From the human T2T-CHM13v2.0 reference genome, Homo sapiens: a stretch of 64,000 bases of DNA. The position numbers were made by a program, and so were the translations under genes. This document shows, piece after piece, positions 27,600 through 42,440 of the stretch. The notes under the pieces were generated by a model, which saw only the letters and a program-made list of their open reading frames with translations, did no database searches and was not told where the DNA came from. Each line of letters starts with the position of its first letter. The first letter of the stretch is position 1. Location: NCBI RefSeq assembly GCF_009914755.1, contig NC_060929.1; one strand, written 5' to 3'.

Positions 27600-28410
27600 T
27601 TTATTCTTTCAGGACATATTTATTGAGATTAGTCATGAACAGGGCAGATTGTCTCTGCTCTCATGGAGCATATACAATGAAAAGAAATTGACAACAAAGA
27701 GTAAGCAAGTAGATAAAGGTATAATTTCTGGTAGAGATGAGTATTCTGCAAAAATAAGGGCTGGTGGATAGAGGATAAGGGAGAAGGGAGTGATTTTAGA
27801 TACCTGGAGCAGGAAAGGTCTCTCTAAAGAGGTGACATTTGAGAAGAAATCTGAACAAAGGGAGGGAGGGAAGCGTGTCAGGAGTGGGTAGATGAGTGTT
27901 ATTGATGGAGTGACCAACATGTGCAGAGGCCCTGAGGTGACGTGAGCTACTTGTGTTCTAGGAATATCAGGAAGAACAGTGGTGCCCGGATGGGAGGAGG
28001 CCCTGGGGGTGAGTGGTCAGGTAGGCTGGGGCTAGACCATGTGGGGCCAGGAGATAAGACTGCATTCTTAGTGTGAAGAGAAGTCACTGGAGAGTTGTGA
28101 TCAGGTGCATGACATGAGCTGATGTATGTTTTTAAAAGATGACTCTGGCTGCTGGTGGGGAATAAACCGTAGTGGGGTGGGTGGGGGTGGGGGGTGGGGG
28201 CAAAATTGAAGCAGCTGGGAGACTGCTGCAGGCAGTCCAGGCAAAGGATGATGGCAGCTTGGATCAAGGTATTAGCAATGGATATGGTGAAGAGTAGTTA
28301 GATTCTGGATACGGTTTTAAGTTATTAGTGACAGGATTGGTTAATGGATTGGATGTGGTGTGTGAATTGGATATAGGGTGTGAGAGAAAGCAAAGATCAA
28401 GGATGATGTT
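27600..28410 (-). mobile_element. L2 fragment containing a G-run G4 motif at 28174-28200
   Basis: gaggtgacatttgagaagaaatctgaa and gcagtccaggcaaaggatgatggcagcttgga, antisense L2. Confidence 0.75.
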
Positions 28411-28545
28411 ACTGGAACAGAATATCTTACAGGTAGAATATGGTCCTCTCCCATCTCATTCTTTCAGCCAGGTTGAACATAGTGCATGTTTGGGGACACA
28501 TTAGGACTTGAGCTCCCCAATTTATTATTTCTGTCACCTTCATGA

Positions 28546-28869
<324 letters not shown>

Positions 28870-29429
28870 TAAATATATACATATACTACTTTTATTATTA
28901 ATTTGCTTACTGGTTTTAAACCAATTCATCCATTTTTTACCTCAGTTTATTTAAAAAAGAAATATATTTTGCTATGTGTGATAAATCAGTAGATTTCTAA
29001 TATTCATTAAAATAAAAGTATAACTGAGAAATGTTTGTGAACCTCTTGGAATCATCCCATATGCCAAAGTGGAACAATCCAGCATTCCATATTAAGATGC
29101 ATAGCACTGGCAAATAGTTGTTGTCCAGCAGGGAATGTGGTATAGATACTGGCAATTGACTAAATTAAGTCATTTTTGTTTGTTTTTGGTGGTAATAATC
29201 TTAATTGCTTAGTATATAGTACAGTGTTTTTCCAAGTGGGGTTCTCGCATGTACTGATGCATAATTGCCGGGAGAGGGCCCAGAATCTGCATTTCTACAA
29301 GTGCACTCTTGTTCACTGGAGTTGAGAGCCGCTACTGGAATAGAAATGGTAGGATCCACAGAACCTGATCCACAGCCCCCAGTTCCTTTCTGACTGTCTC
29401 TAGCAGAAAGCAAAGAGTAGAAGAGGATG

Positions 29430-29650
29430 AGCCCAAGAGTCAGACTGAGTTAAATAAAATCTTGGTTCCACTACTCACTGATGCTATAATCTTACAGAAA
29501 TTCCTTAACCTGACTGAGCGTAGGTTTCCTATCTACAAAATACGGATGATGATGATGATGATGATGATGATAAGAAAATGATGCACCTAACTGTGTAGCT
29601 CAGAGCAATGTAGTCTGTGCTCAGTAAGTGTTAGCCATGGTTATCATTGC
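29430..29650 (+). mobile_element. MIR containing (GAT)n at about 29545-29571
   Basis: ggtttcctatctacaaaatacg followed by gatgatgatgatgatgatgatgat. Confidence 0.7.
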
Positions 29651-30769
29651 TGTTGTTACCACTTAACGTGAGTCTGGCTTTCCTCATCATAAAAACTTAG
29701 CAGAGATATTGGGAAAATCAAATAAACTATAGTTTATTAATTTATTTTATAAACTGTAATGTATTATCCCTCATTACACTCATTAGTGTGAAAACACAGT
29801 AGTTATGAGTAAGAAGAGTAGCAAGACTTACCCTATGGGGTTATCATAAAGATAACATGAACTTGAATATGAAAAGTATTTCATCAACTGGAAGATTTCA
29901 TTCAAATATTAGGATATAGTAACATTCTAATATTGGTAATACTAGGTAATATTGGTCATGATCATGTATTGAATACCAAGTAAATCCCAGTTGCTATACA
30001 TTTCATTTGACCCTCGTAGCATCCTGTTGAGTTATCCCCATTATACAAGCGAGGAAGGTGAGCCTCAAAAAGGTGAAGCTAAGGTCATATCCAGCCAGAG
30101 GTAGCTGAGGCAGGGTTCTAATCCAGGTCTGTCTGGCTTTATAGCTCATTCAGTTTCCACTACCTACAATTCTGTCTGTGTGACTTTAGTTAATATTAAA
30201 GTTAGTTCACATTCCCTGAACATACCAGCCAGGGGGCAGAGAATAGTCTGGTGTAGGGATGGTGCATGGGGGTCCCTGGAGTGCTGATCTGGGATTAAAA
30301 ATTGGCTGTGGGTAACCTCCACAATAGAGAATGCACACCCAGATAATTAAGAACCAGTTGGCCACCTTTCCTGGGCCCCACTGAAGCTTCTGAGAGCTGC
30401 TATCATGAGGACAGCTTTCCAGGGGCCACAGCCCAGGGAGCCCTGGCAACCCTGGGGCTTCACATGATTAGGGGAAAACAGGCAAGCCCTTCTAGTCTTC
30501 CCTCTGTGTGTGTGAAAATTGGAAATTATTCTTCAGGTGGAATTTATGTTCATTTCAATGTGGGTGGTTTTCTCAATGGCTTTTAAGGGTGTTGAAATTG
30601 ATTAAATTCAGAATGAGGGAGGCCAACCAGGCTCTATAAAGAGCAAATCACATTGGAAAATTGCATAAATTTCTGTGGTGAGAACATGCCCCTGAAGTGG
30701 CCTGCTCACAGCAACTCGACAATTTCCTGTATCCATCCATCCATCCATGTTAGAAATCCTTTACTTCTC

Positions 30770-30771
<2 letters not shown>

Positions 30772-30800
<29 letters not shown>

Positions 30801-31082
30801 GAGGCAGGCTCTCACTCTGTTGCTCAGGCTGCAGTGCAGTGGCATGATCATAGCCCATTGTAACCTCAACCTCGTGGGCTCAAGCCATCATCCTGCCTCA
30901 GCTTCTTGAGTAGCTAGGGCCACAGGTTCACACCACCATGCCCAGCAAATTTTTTTTTAACCTTTTTGTAGAGATGAGGTTTCACCATGTTGCCCAGGTT
31001 GGTCTCAAACCCCTGGCTTCAGGCGATCTTCTCGCCTCATCCTCCCAAAGTGCTGAGATTACAGTTGAGAGCCAGGGTGCTC
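30772..31082 (-). mobile_element. Alu, AluJ-like
   Basis: Diverged dimer with gatcatagcccattg and gggctcaagccatc. Confidence 0.9.
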
Positions 31083-32099
31083 AACCTCAATCCTCTTGTT
31101 TTTATGCATAACCTACAGTGCTTCCAGCAAATTCCATTTCTCCCACAAAAAAGGTTTGGTTTGTTTTTTTCTTTTTAATCAAAGGAGAATTGACTAAATT
31201 TCCTGGGGAAAAAATTCAGACTAGGAAAAACTTGTTGAATACCAGCTTTAGGGACAGTAACCCTTTCTAGTTCATGTTGAGGCTAATTCAGTAGATTAGC
31301 TCCTCTCCTTTGGATGAGGATTTCCCTCCCCAGGGTTTGGTTAGAATTCCAGGGATGCAGGCATGGGGTCGTTTGGGGGCATGTCCTAGTGTGCTGTTTT
31401 TATAGACTATATATATGTGTCCATCAGTCAACTTATAGTATGGAAAGTTTTCTTCTATTCAAATTGGGCGATTTGGCCACTTCTTGCCAAATTTCTTGGT
31501 TTTCTGAATACTGAAGGTTGGAGTTGAGCAACTGCAGGTCAGTGATTTTCAGAAGAGGGGCTCTTGAGCCTGAGGAATCAGGTCTCACGGGTAGCATGAT
31601 GGTCTAGCGGAGAATACTTGTGTTTTCCAGGGGCTCTCTTGACCCTCAGGCCTCAGGCCCCTCTTGACCCTCATTTAGATGGCCGAGTTAGTGTAATATG
31701 GAGAAGCCCTCCTCTCAGCCCCAGCTTCACACCACATGCAGCTCAATGATGATAATGCCTTGATGGACAAAATGCAGGAGGTCTAAAAGTGTCCAGGAAA
31801 ACCTAAATTTGCTTTTGTCTCCTATGTTTCATGGCTTAGCTTGTGCCACTTTTGTTCTTCCTTTTTCTTGGGCCCATTCTTGGGCTTCGCTGCTAGGTGG
31901 CATGCCTGTATTGATACAGGAAGGAAGGAAGTGGTTAGATCAGCCTATTCATTTCTTTATTTAACCTTTATATCATCACAAAAAAAATGAGAAAGTGGAG
32001 GACCAAAAGGTTAAAAGAACTCATCTACTCTCAGAGGGTTTATATCAGTTGAAATTGAAAGGTCATTTTGACACACTGCCCCTCGGCAACTCTCTCTAC

Positions 32100-32910
32100 C
32101 ATTCATTCACTAATTTACCTATTCATGTATCCAAAATGAAAAATGACACGTGCATGCACACACTTCCAATTCATATCCATTGCTATAGTTGATGGTGAAA
32201 GATAGAGCTGTAGTAGCCAGTGAAGTAAATATACCTGGACCATTGCCCTCATGAATAAGTATTCTAGTTTGGTAGACATTTTTCACAGAATCACACATAT
32301 CAGTGTAAACTTGCAGTGGTGCATCATAGTCTGAAAGAAAGGTTGATGGTCCTGTATCTGAGTGCACAATGGGGGCTTTAACCTAGGTGGGAACGTCTGA
32401 GTGAGTTTCTTGAGGAAAGGACACTTGAGGGTAATGTGAGTTGGGAGCCAAAGGCTCCCGTGCGAAATCCACAGTCTGTGCTGGGGAGAAAGCATGGTTA
32501 GTTGAATGTTCTTGAAAGACAGCCAGTGTGGCTAGGTGCTCAGAGCTGGCACAGTGGCCCCTGAAGAAGCTGGAGGGCCAGGCAGGGCCCCGTCACACAC
32601 AGCTTTGTGAGCAAGTAAGGATTGGGGTTATTCTCCCAAGGGCAGCAAGGTGCTGCAGGGAGGTGATATGCTCTGATTTTGTCAAGACCATAGGGGCTGC
32701 AATGCAGAGGGCAGACAGGAACAAGAAGAATAAGAAGACCAGCCAGGAGGTTAATGCAGTCATCCTGGCAACAGATGATTGAGGTAGGGACCAGGATGGT
32801 GATGATGATGATGAAGAAATTGGACAAAATTGAGAGGCATTAGAAGAGACAATTGAGGGACTTGGTGATAATTTGGAATGGGAGGTAAGAAGTGGTGCCA
32901 AGGGTGATAC
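32100..32910 (-). mobile_element. L2 fragment
   Basis: cattcattcac start; gaagaccagccaggaggttaatgcagtcatcctggcaacagatgat. Confidence 0.65.
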
Positions 32911-33110
32911 TTGTGATTTTGTTATAATTTTCCGACCACCTACACACCTCTTTTTTTTTTTTTTTTAATAGCTGGGAGGAGCCAGTGAAAAGTATCTCAG
33001 ATGAGGTCCCAGAAGCTTCAGGACATGGCGTTGACCTTATGGTTGTATAGCAGTGGCAGTTATGCTAAAATCCATGTCTGTCTCCCTGGCCCACCAACCT
33101 CCTCCTTTTA

Positions 33111-33207
33111 TTTATTTTTATTTTTTGAGACAGTCTTGCCCAGGCTGGAGTGCAGTGGTGCAGTCTCGGCTTACTGCAGTCTCTGCCTCTTGGGTTCAAG
33201 CGATTCA
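33111..33207 (-). mobile_element. Severely 5'-truncated Alu
   Basis: Only the 3' end of the right arm is present; TSD cctcctcctttta at 33098-33110 and 33210-33222. Confidence 0.88.
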
Positions 33208-34201
33208 AGCCTCCTCCTTTTAGATAAGAAAATCATTTGATTGTACCTTAGAGTTGTTCTTTTAATCCTTTTGCAGTAAGACAGCTAGTCTCTGGATGTA
33301 ACCTGCCTCCAGCCTCCCGGGGTTCATATCCTAGGCATGATAGCCCAAGGCATCCTCTTCCCACGTCTGTGGTTTTCCCTAAGATTCTTCAAGGTTACTG
33401 AGCATAAACCCACCTCTCCTGTGTTCACGTGTTCTCTAGAGAACTTTGAGAAAATCGACTTTGCTACCCTAGCATGCTGCTTTCTCTGAAAGGAGACAAA
33501 GCAACAAGGCTTCAAAAGTTGAAATGAAAGTTAAGAGGATGGCACATTTCTAACCTGGGAGGCCAACCTGGATATTTGGTGCAAGCTCTGCCAGCATTCA
33601 TGATGAGACAACTGTTTGGGCTGCCTCGTGTGTACACTGAGCAGAGCTGAACCTGAGGCTGAGGGAGGGAAGTAAACCAGCCGAAGCCTCAACTGCAGGA
33701 TGGTGGATGTTGGCCCTGGGAGACACAGGTCCTGCGACAACTCATCACAAGTCAAATTAAGGGACTAATGCAAGCCTAGTAGATATTTAATGAGAGATTA
33801 TTGCTGGAGATTATAGGGATACAGAAATTGCTAATAAATCCCTGACCTTTTCTGAGCCTTGGCTCAGTGAAAGAGCTGAATCACCTGCTTGAGGGGATTA
33901 AGGACAGCCGCCTCCATCTGGCGAGCCACTCAGACTTTTTCTGTCGTTAGCAAACGCAGCTTGGTGGTGATAGTGTTCTAAACCTTTTAGTGGGAATTTG
34001 CTTTTCAGACTAGGAGATCTCAATTAACTTAGATTATATCCCTACTGGGCAGAGATTAGGACTAATGATCTGGTTATGTGTGCACTGTAGTCCCTATCAC
34101 ATTATGGTACTTGGTCCATGATAAATAATAAAACCGTTGTTAATTATTAGTAATCTAATCAGCAGGAAACTCAAGTTGATGAGAGTGGAAATCAAGCTCT
34201 T

Positions 34202-34235
34202 TGTGTGTGTGCATGCATGCACATGTGTGTGTGTG
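34202..34235. repeat. 34-bp alternating purine-pyrimidine tract, (TG)n with a GCAT core
   Basis: tgtgtgtgtgcatgcatgcacatgtgtgtgtgtg. Confidence 0.85.
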
Positions 34236-35366
34236 AAAAAGAAGAGACAAAGAGAGATGGGGGTCCCCAGGCAGTGGGCAATGTGATAATTTACACTAGT
34301 TCCAGTTTAGAGGTTTAGAGCAGTGGTTGATAACCTGTATTTCTTGAATTCCTTGTTGGAGAAACAGTTGTTTGAAAGAGATTCCATTTCTTAACACAGT
34401 GTTATCTGTTTATAGGCTGTAAATAATTATCATCAATATGCAATTTTAATACATTAGAGGCTAACAGAGTTATCTTGAGCTCATAATGTTTGACTTTGCA
34501 ATATGTAAATATCGTATCCATTTGAACTTAGACAACTAAGATAAACTGAGAAATACTGGATTACACATGTCATATGTAAGACCTTTATGTGTAACATCTG
34601 TGTAAGACTTAATTCCAAGAAAAGGAGTTTGCTGGTTTCAAACAAATTGGAGAATCTCTAACGCTGGGAAAACCAAAGGAGGAACATTTACTCAGATTGA
34701 ATGTGGAGGTTTTGCTTTGCCATTTACCAAAAGAAGTAATTGTAGTAGTGGGTAAAATTTTGATTATTTTCTGGATGTATTTGGAAGCGTCCATTTTATT
34801 CTTTTCCAGTAAATATTACTTACCTAGAAAAGGATGCACTTCCTACAGTGCCACACACACAAAAAAAGGTTCAATGACTGATTTGCCTCTAGAGGGTTAT
34901 GTCCACTAATTGGGCTGATGGCTTTACATGCATGTATCTTCTGACCACTGGGGTCATCACTGTCAGATGCTAGGTTCTTTTCAATTTTTCAAAACTTTTA
35001 TCGATGTTCAGAGGGTAAAGAAATAGCCTTTGTCTAGGGCAGAAGTTCGTCAATGCCTAGAATAAGACCATGTTCACAAGCCTACTCTTGAAACATCCTA
35101 GTTCAGAATCAATGTCTGCAGCTCCCCATAGCACTGTGTAAAATGGCAATTTTTTCTCTCCCAGACTTCTTTGATTCTCATTGCTATGAAAAGATGATCT
35201 TAAGCACCTCTCAAAAGAAGAACTAAAAGGCTTCACCTGACTATTGAATCGTAGTTATAAACATTTTGGGAAACTCCTTTAGCACAAAACGTAATTCCCC
35301 GTCTGACAAATGCTTTCCAGTAGGCTCTATTGTGACTACTGTATAAAGGAATGAAAATCCTCCCTG

Positions 35367-36152
35367 CACATGAAAAGATTCCCAACATTATTAGTCATTA
35401 GGGAAATACAAGTCAAAACCACAATGAGATACCTCTTGACACCCACTAGGATGGCTATAATAAAAAAGACAATAACAAATGTTGGCAAGGATTAGGAGAA
35501 ATTGGAACCCTCGTACATTGCGGGTAGGAATGAAAACTGGTGCAGCTGCTTAGAAAACAGTTTGGCAATTCCTCAAAAAGTTAAGCACGGTGTCATTCTG
35601 TGACCCAGCGATGCCACTCCTAGGTGTATACTCAAAAGAAATGAAAATACCAGTTCACACAGAGACTTGTACACAGATGTTCATAGTAACATTATTCACA
35701 ACAGCCAAAAAGTGGAAATGGCCCAAATATCTATCAGCCGATGAATGGATAAATAAAATGTGATATATCTGGACCGTGGAATATTATTTAACCATAAAAA
35801 TAAGTGAAGTACTGATGCTACAACATGGCTAGGGCTTGAAAACATTATGTTAAGTAAAAGGAGCTAGACATAAAAGACCGCATCGTGTATGATTCCCATT
35901 TATGTGAGGTGTTCACAATAGGCAAATCCATAGAAAAGGAATTCTTCCCACAGCTGGGGGAAGGGAAGACATGGCTAATGTGTATGGGTTTTTGGGGTAG
36001 GGAGGAGGGCAAAAATGTTCTGGAGTTAGATAGTAGTGATTAATACACAGCTTTGTAAATACTCTAGAAATTGCTGAATTGTATAGTTAAAATGGGTAAA
36101 CTTATGGTATATGAAGTATATACCAAGAAAGCTGTTATTTAAAAAAAAAAAA
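35367..36152 (+). mobile_element. L1MB/MA-type 3' end with polyA
   Basis: gtcaaaaccacaatgagatacc...cccactaggatggctataat...ttggcaaggattaggagaaattggaaccc; A-tail; degenerate TSD aaaat(t)cctccc. Confidence 0.85.
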
Positions 36153-36627
36153 TTCCTCCCCTGGATTCCAACAGGTATTTGGCCTCTGTATTATAGGTTG
36201 TTATTAAATTTGAAAAATGCCTGCCGCATGAGTTGAGTTTTATTTGGAAGAATTATTTTAATTGGGCTTTCAGCCTGTAATCAGAATCTTGAGATGCCAT
36301 AATTTGCAGAGCAAATACTTTATTTATACTGGGAAAAACAAGGGATTGGGTTAATAGGCTCCTTACCATTTTAAGGGAATAAAAAGAATGGTTTGTATAG
36401 CAAGTAATCTCCAGGGAGAAAAACATTGTTTTTCTGTTTCTTTTCTGGTACTTTACTTACTATCCTAGAGGCTGAGTGTGTTTGTAATAAGCACCACTAA
36501 GCAATAAGTATGTATGTAAGTATAGGAACTATTAATATTTCAGTTTGGGAAGAGTTGTTTTAGGAATTAGCATTCCTTTTTAGTTTGATTTTGGGAATTC
36601 TTGGTGATTAAAAAATGTTTTAAAATC

Positions 36628-37402
<775 letters not shown>

Positions 37403-37994
37403 ATGTTCATTTTATCTAAGTTTACCCATATACGCTAAGAATTAAAGAAAGATTCAGTTTGGATTAGATCCAAGGTGAGTTCAGGTTCTGCTCACTTCTC
37501 AAATATTACAAGTTTATTACTTTCCCTGAGATGACCGCAAATCATCTATAAATACTTGCTTTTCTACTTTCTGCCATTTTCTTTTCCACTCTGACCATTA
37601 AGTGGTAGAATGCCTTGTCCACTGTCCTAAGAAGGTCAAAGATGAACCCATTCTTAAAGATTATCACCGGGTAACCAAAACATGGGGGTGAATTTTAGGG
37701 AATTTCCAGCCTTGTTGTCAGGTTAGAAGTTTCCAGCCTTGTGTGGTTCTCTGCTGTGGAAGAAGTTGCTGCTGTTGATCATTTATTTTCTGGGTGAGAA
37801 TCCTGTCACCACTTGCTCATTTCCCCCTAGAGGATGGCCCCACTGCCTTCATGCTGCTTCCTTTGGTAGTGTCTTTGTTCTTGGCTGTTTTAATTTTCCT
37901 CTGAATCATTTTTCTTCTTTAATTCTTTGTTCTATTTTTCCTTTCTTCTAGTCACCTGAGCAGGATTATACTTAACTCAGGGACACGTTTAAGG

Positions 37995-38430
37995 CAGTTT
38001 GATGGTATGGGCTCTAGAGCAAGTCTCCATGTATTGGCTCTGCATCTTTGGTCAAGATACTTAGTTTTACCAAGCCTCAGTTTCTTCATCTGTAATATGG
38101 GCTAGTGATAATGTCAACCTGGAGGACTTACTGAGATCAAGTGAGAAAATCTATTTTAAGCACTTACCCAACATTTATAGACCACTTAATTTGTGCTTTT
38201 TGAAGGAGACCGCAATTAGTTCTACAGCTTCTGTTAATAGCAGAGCAATGTAAAGGTACCTGTCACCTTATGCTGCAGTTTCTTCACCTGTAAATTGAAG
38301 ATAATTTTACAGGTTACTACAGCTTGAGGTTACTATGAGAACTAAATGAGATACTACATGCAAAGCACTTAAAACCATACCTAGCATATGGAAAGCTCTC
38401 AATCAATGCCAGCTATTATTATTATTATTA
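37995..38430 (+). mobile_element. Two tandem MIR fragments just upstream of the 66-nt exon
   Basis: gcctcagtttcttcatctgtaatatggg; cagtttcttcacctgtaaattg...gcaaagcacttaaaacc. Confidence 0.75.
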
Positions 38431-38573
38431 TGTTATTCCTGTACTGTTATTGGGAAAAACTAAAAGGATATGTGACCACAGCATGCGATTGATTCATCCT
38501 GGTTTGGTTAAGCCCTATCCTGAGGTTGATTTCCATGGCTAGCAACTTGACTGCCCTTCTCTTGCTCTTTCAG

Positions 38574-38639
38574 CTGCGCAGTTGGACAGCATTGGCTTCA
38601 GCATAATCAGGAAATGCATCCATGCTGTGGAAACCAGAG
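38574..38639 (+). CDS. ARHGAP26: ARHGAP26 coding exon, 66 nt, (T)AQLDSIGFSIIRKCIHAVETR(G), start of the RhoGAP domain
   Basis: Acceptor cccttctcttgctctttcAG, donor GAG|GTAAAG; phase 1-1; typical RhoGAP N-terminal helix. Confidence 0.96.
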
Positions 38640-38849
38640 GTAAAGTAGTTTAACAGATGGCATTGTTCTCATAGAAGGTCACGCATCTGGTGAGGAGTCA
38701 GACCTGCTACCTGCTGTTTCCTGACTTTAAGTGACTCATTAGCTCCCCAAGTGCCATTGTCAGTGGATTTCCACAAGTCTTGTTGGTCTCAAGCAGGAGG
38801 TCCTAACTGATTTTGTGTCACCAACTTCTTTGGCTGATCAGAAGAATGT

Positions 38850-39245
38850 GTTAAATATCTAAAATACGTATGATTATAGAAACCAGTTACTGAAATTCGA
38901 TTTTTAAAATATTAAAAAACACAGGGTATCATGATATATGTGTTTCTTTGTTAACACTTTATAAGTGATAGTGGTGGGTCTGATAACTGACATAATTTGG
39001 GAGCAGTGATATTTCAAGATATCCATAATAATTGTAATGTGTTATGAAAATATCTGTGATTTCTGACCAAGTTGCAGGTACCGCTAATGCTCCTGTAATT
39101 TGTTGCTTACATCCATAAAGGAAGGAAATGCTTAATGTCAGTTATAGGTTAGTGAAGATAAAGATGTAATTGTTTTCCTGTCTAAGTTCACAGACACCCT
39201 AAATTTTCTCTGGCAGACATCTTGGGGTCTGTGAACCCAAGATGC
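38850..39245. mobile_element. Probable hAT-Charlie DNA transposon remnant
   Basis: ggaaggaaatgcttaatgtcagttataggttagtgaagataaagatgtaatt...aagttcacagacacc resembles MER/Charlie elements; family not determined. Confidence 0.45.
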
Positions 39246-40019
39246 TCTGGGGAGCTAGTCCCTGGGGACCACCCAGGTAGAGAAAAGGGGTCAGGCCCAT
39301 GTTCACACTGATCTTTCCCAGGTCTGTGGGAGCAGGACATTAAGATCAAGGAGGCTGGTTCATCCTGATGGTCTCCATCCCTTCTTCAGAGACAGCCACA
39401 AAGGAGATTCCTCAGTCCCAGCAGTTTGAAGCTTTGAGTTTGCTGGTCTGTTGTACCGCTGAGAAAAGCTATTAACCATCTTTCCACTGGATTTGATTTG
39501 AACCGTTGTCAGAGATGTGAATCTTATTTACTCACAGCCTCTCAGCCTACCAGCCCTTTTTAAGTAGTGGAAAGAAATTCTCTCTTTTAAAGCAGGATTC
39601 ATAACTTGCCAGTTGAGAAATATACACTTTTTTTTTCATAAGGACTGTGAGGCATTAAGTAGAGGGAAGAGAGAGAATTTAAAAACCTACCCTTATGTAT
39701 ACTGTCAAAAGATATTTTTTCCAAAACAGTTGTAATGTATGGAAACATTTTTTTAAATGTTCAGTTATTTCCCCTGTACCTCTCTTAAATAAAGAATTAA
39801 GGCATCTTGTAAAGGTATGTAAGATATATCCAGAGAATATAAAGTAGAAGTAGGTGACATTTCTGGGAATTGGTCTTGAGGAAATAAGGATATGGGCCAG
39901 ATTGAGCCATAAGGATGTTTACACCGTGGTGATGTTAAGGTACAAAATCAGAAACGGGCCAAATGTCTCAAAAATGGGTTAAATCAACAGTGGTACATCT
40001 GTGTAGTAAAAAACTGTGA

Positions 40020-40345
<326 letters not shown>

Positions 40346-40571
40346 ACATATGGCATTTTAAAAATTATTTATAATACGTGAAAAATGCAAGTTACAAAGC
40401 AGCTGCTCAGTATGAGCCCGTTCTGGGAGCAGTGGGGAGAGGAGTGGTCATATTGCACAGGTTTCATTGTGTTCTCAGTGGCTGTCTGCTGATTTTTACT
40501 GTTTCCCTTTGACTCATCTATTTACCTTAACTGTAGTTTCTAAGTTTTTTTGAAGTGTTCATTACTAAGGT

Positions 40572-40880
40572 AATTTTTCTTTTTTCTTTTTCTTTGGAGG
40601 GGACAGAGTCTTGCTCTGTTGCTTAGGCTGGAGTGCAGTGGCTCAATCTCTACTCACTGCAACCTTGGCCTCACAGGTTCAAGCGATTCTCCTACCTCAG
40701 CCTCCTGAGTAACTGGCATTACAGGTGCCTGCCACCATGCCCAGCTAATTTTTGTACTTTTAGTAGAGATGGTTTTACCACATTGGCCAGGCTGGTCTTC
40801 AACTCCTGACCTCAAGTGATCTGCCCACCTTGGCCTCCCCAAAGTGCTGGGATTACAGGCATGAGCCACTGTGCACGGTC
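40572..40880 (-). mobile_element. Alu, AluS-like
   Basis: Full antisense dimer. Confidence 0.93.
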
Positions 40881-41819
40881 TAATTTTCAACAGGAGTTTT
40901 AATTTTTTTTTTTTAAATTTAAAAGAAAAGACCGAGAATAAAATGTACAGAGTTTAAAGGTAGAGGCACAAAAATGGAGCCAAAAGCGAGTCTAAAAAAA
41001 AAAAATCTCTTTCCCCAGTAAAGTTCATATACTTGCTTGAGCTGGGCCACCTATTCGTCTCTCAGTCTTCAGCAGCCAAAATCAAGAGAGAAACCTAATC
41101 ATTTAAAACTGTTCACAGAGTCTGTAGTAAATGCAAACTGGTAGCTCAGGAGGACAACTTTTTCTGATGTAAAACTACAAAATAAATACAATAAGTAGGA
41201 GAAGAAGAGGTGTACAAGTTCCTCTTCCCCCTCTAAAATGAAAATGGAAATGATGTATTTTAACTTCTACGAAAGTCTTCATTGAGCACAAAGAAGAAAT
41301 AAGGACAGTATGAGTTAGGTGCCATTTTAGCGTAAATAGTTGAAAAAAGTGGGTATCTCCCGATTGCAGTGTGTGTATGTGCATACGTATTTATGGTGAT
41401 CAGAGATGAACAGACTTCCCATACTCTCTGGGATTTGACAATTGTCCAGTGGGAGGTGGGATTGTGTAAAGTCCCGGGAAAGCACAAGGATAGAAGAAGT
41501 AGAGACACTTAAGACTTTTCAAGCCCACAAGCTGACATGTTACTGAATCAAGTTTCTGCCACTGAGTAACTTGGGACCCATCACTTAGTTTTTGAAGTTT
41601 TTGACCAGGGACTCCTAGTCCGTGAATCATGCAGAATGATGTACATGATTTTACAGGTCCTTTTTAGCTGTAAAATTCTATCATTCCAGACCACTTCTTT
41701 TTATTCATTAGTTCCATGTCTACATAGGTCTTGTTGAAAGTACTGCAGAATTGGTCCTTTCCTGAGTTTCTTTTGGAAGATTGTGTTTTGGCCCCCAAGT
41801 ATTTTATACTGGCCTTGAT

Positions 41820-42440
41820 GGAGTATAATCTCGTGTTTTGTTTATTATCATGTACCATATACTGATCCAGGGACTGAGGATGTAATGGTGAACAGGACAC
41901 AATTACTGTTTACATTCTATTGAGAATGTAACAGAAAAAACAAGTAAATAATCAAATAACAAAGATAATTTCAGATATTGTTAACTGCTATAAAGAAAGA
42001 AAACAGGGTAAGGGAATGACCAGTAATGTTGATTGTGGATTGCATTAGATTGAAGCGGTTGCATTTAAGCTGAGATCTGAATGATGAAAAGCTCTGGGAG
42101 AAGAGCAGTCCAGGTAGAGGAAACAGCTGGAGCAAAGGCTATGAGGTGGGGCCATGAGCTTGGCATGTTGAGGTGACAGGAAGGCCAGTGTGTGGAGCAG
42201 AATGCATGTGGTCAATGATGCAATCAGAGGTAGTCAGTGCTCGATAGTATAGGCCTTATAGGCCATTGTAAGTAGTTTTGATTATGGTCTAAGTGCAATG
42301 GGAAGCTATTGGAGGGTTTTAAGAGAAGAGGTGATATGAACTAATTTGCACTTTAGACAGTTCACTTTGGCTACTGGTTGAAGAATGGACATCAGAGGAA
42401 TAAAATAGGAAGCTGGAGCTCTATTACTTGAGAGGGGTCA
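41820..42440 (-). mobile_element. L2 fragment
   Basis: gcatttaagctgagatctgaatgatg; gtgcaatgggaagctattggagggttttaag. Confidence 0.75.

Noticed and set aside
37452-37460. Strong orphan donor AAG|GTGAGT (others near 21679 and 26760)
   Set aside because: There is no convincing paired acceptor, and pseudo-donors are common in long introns.
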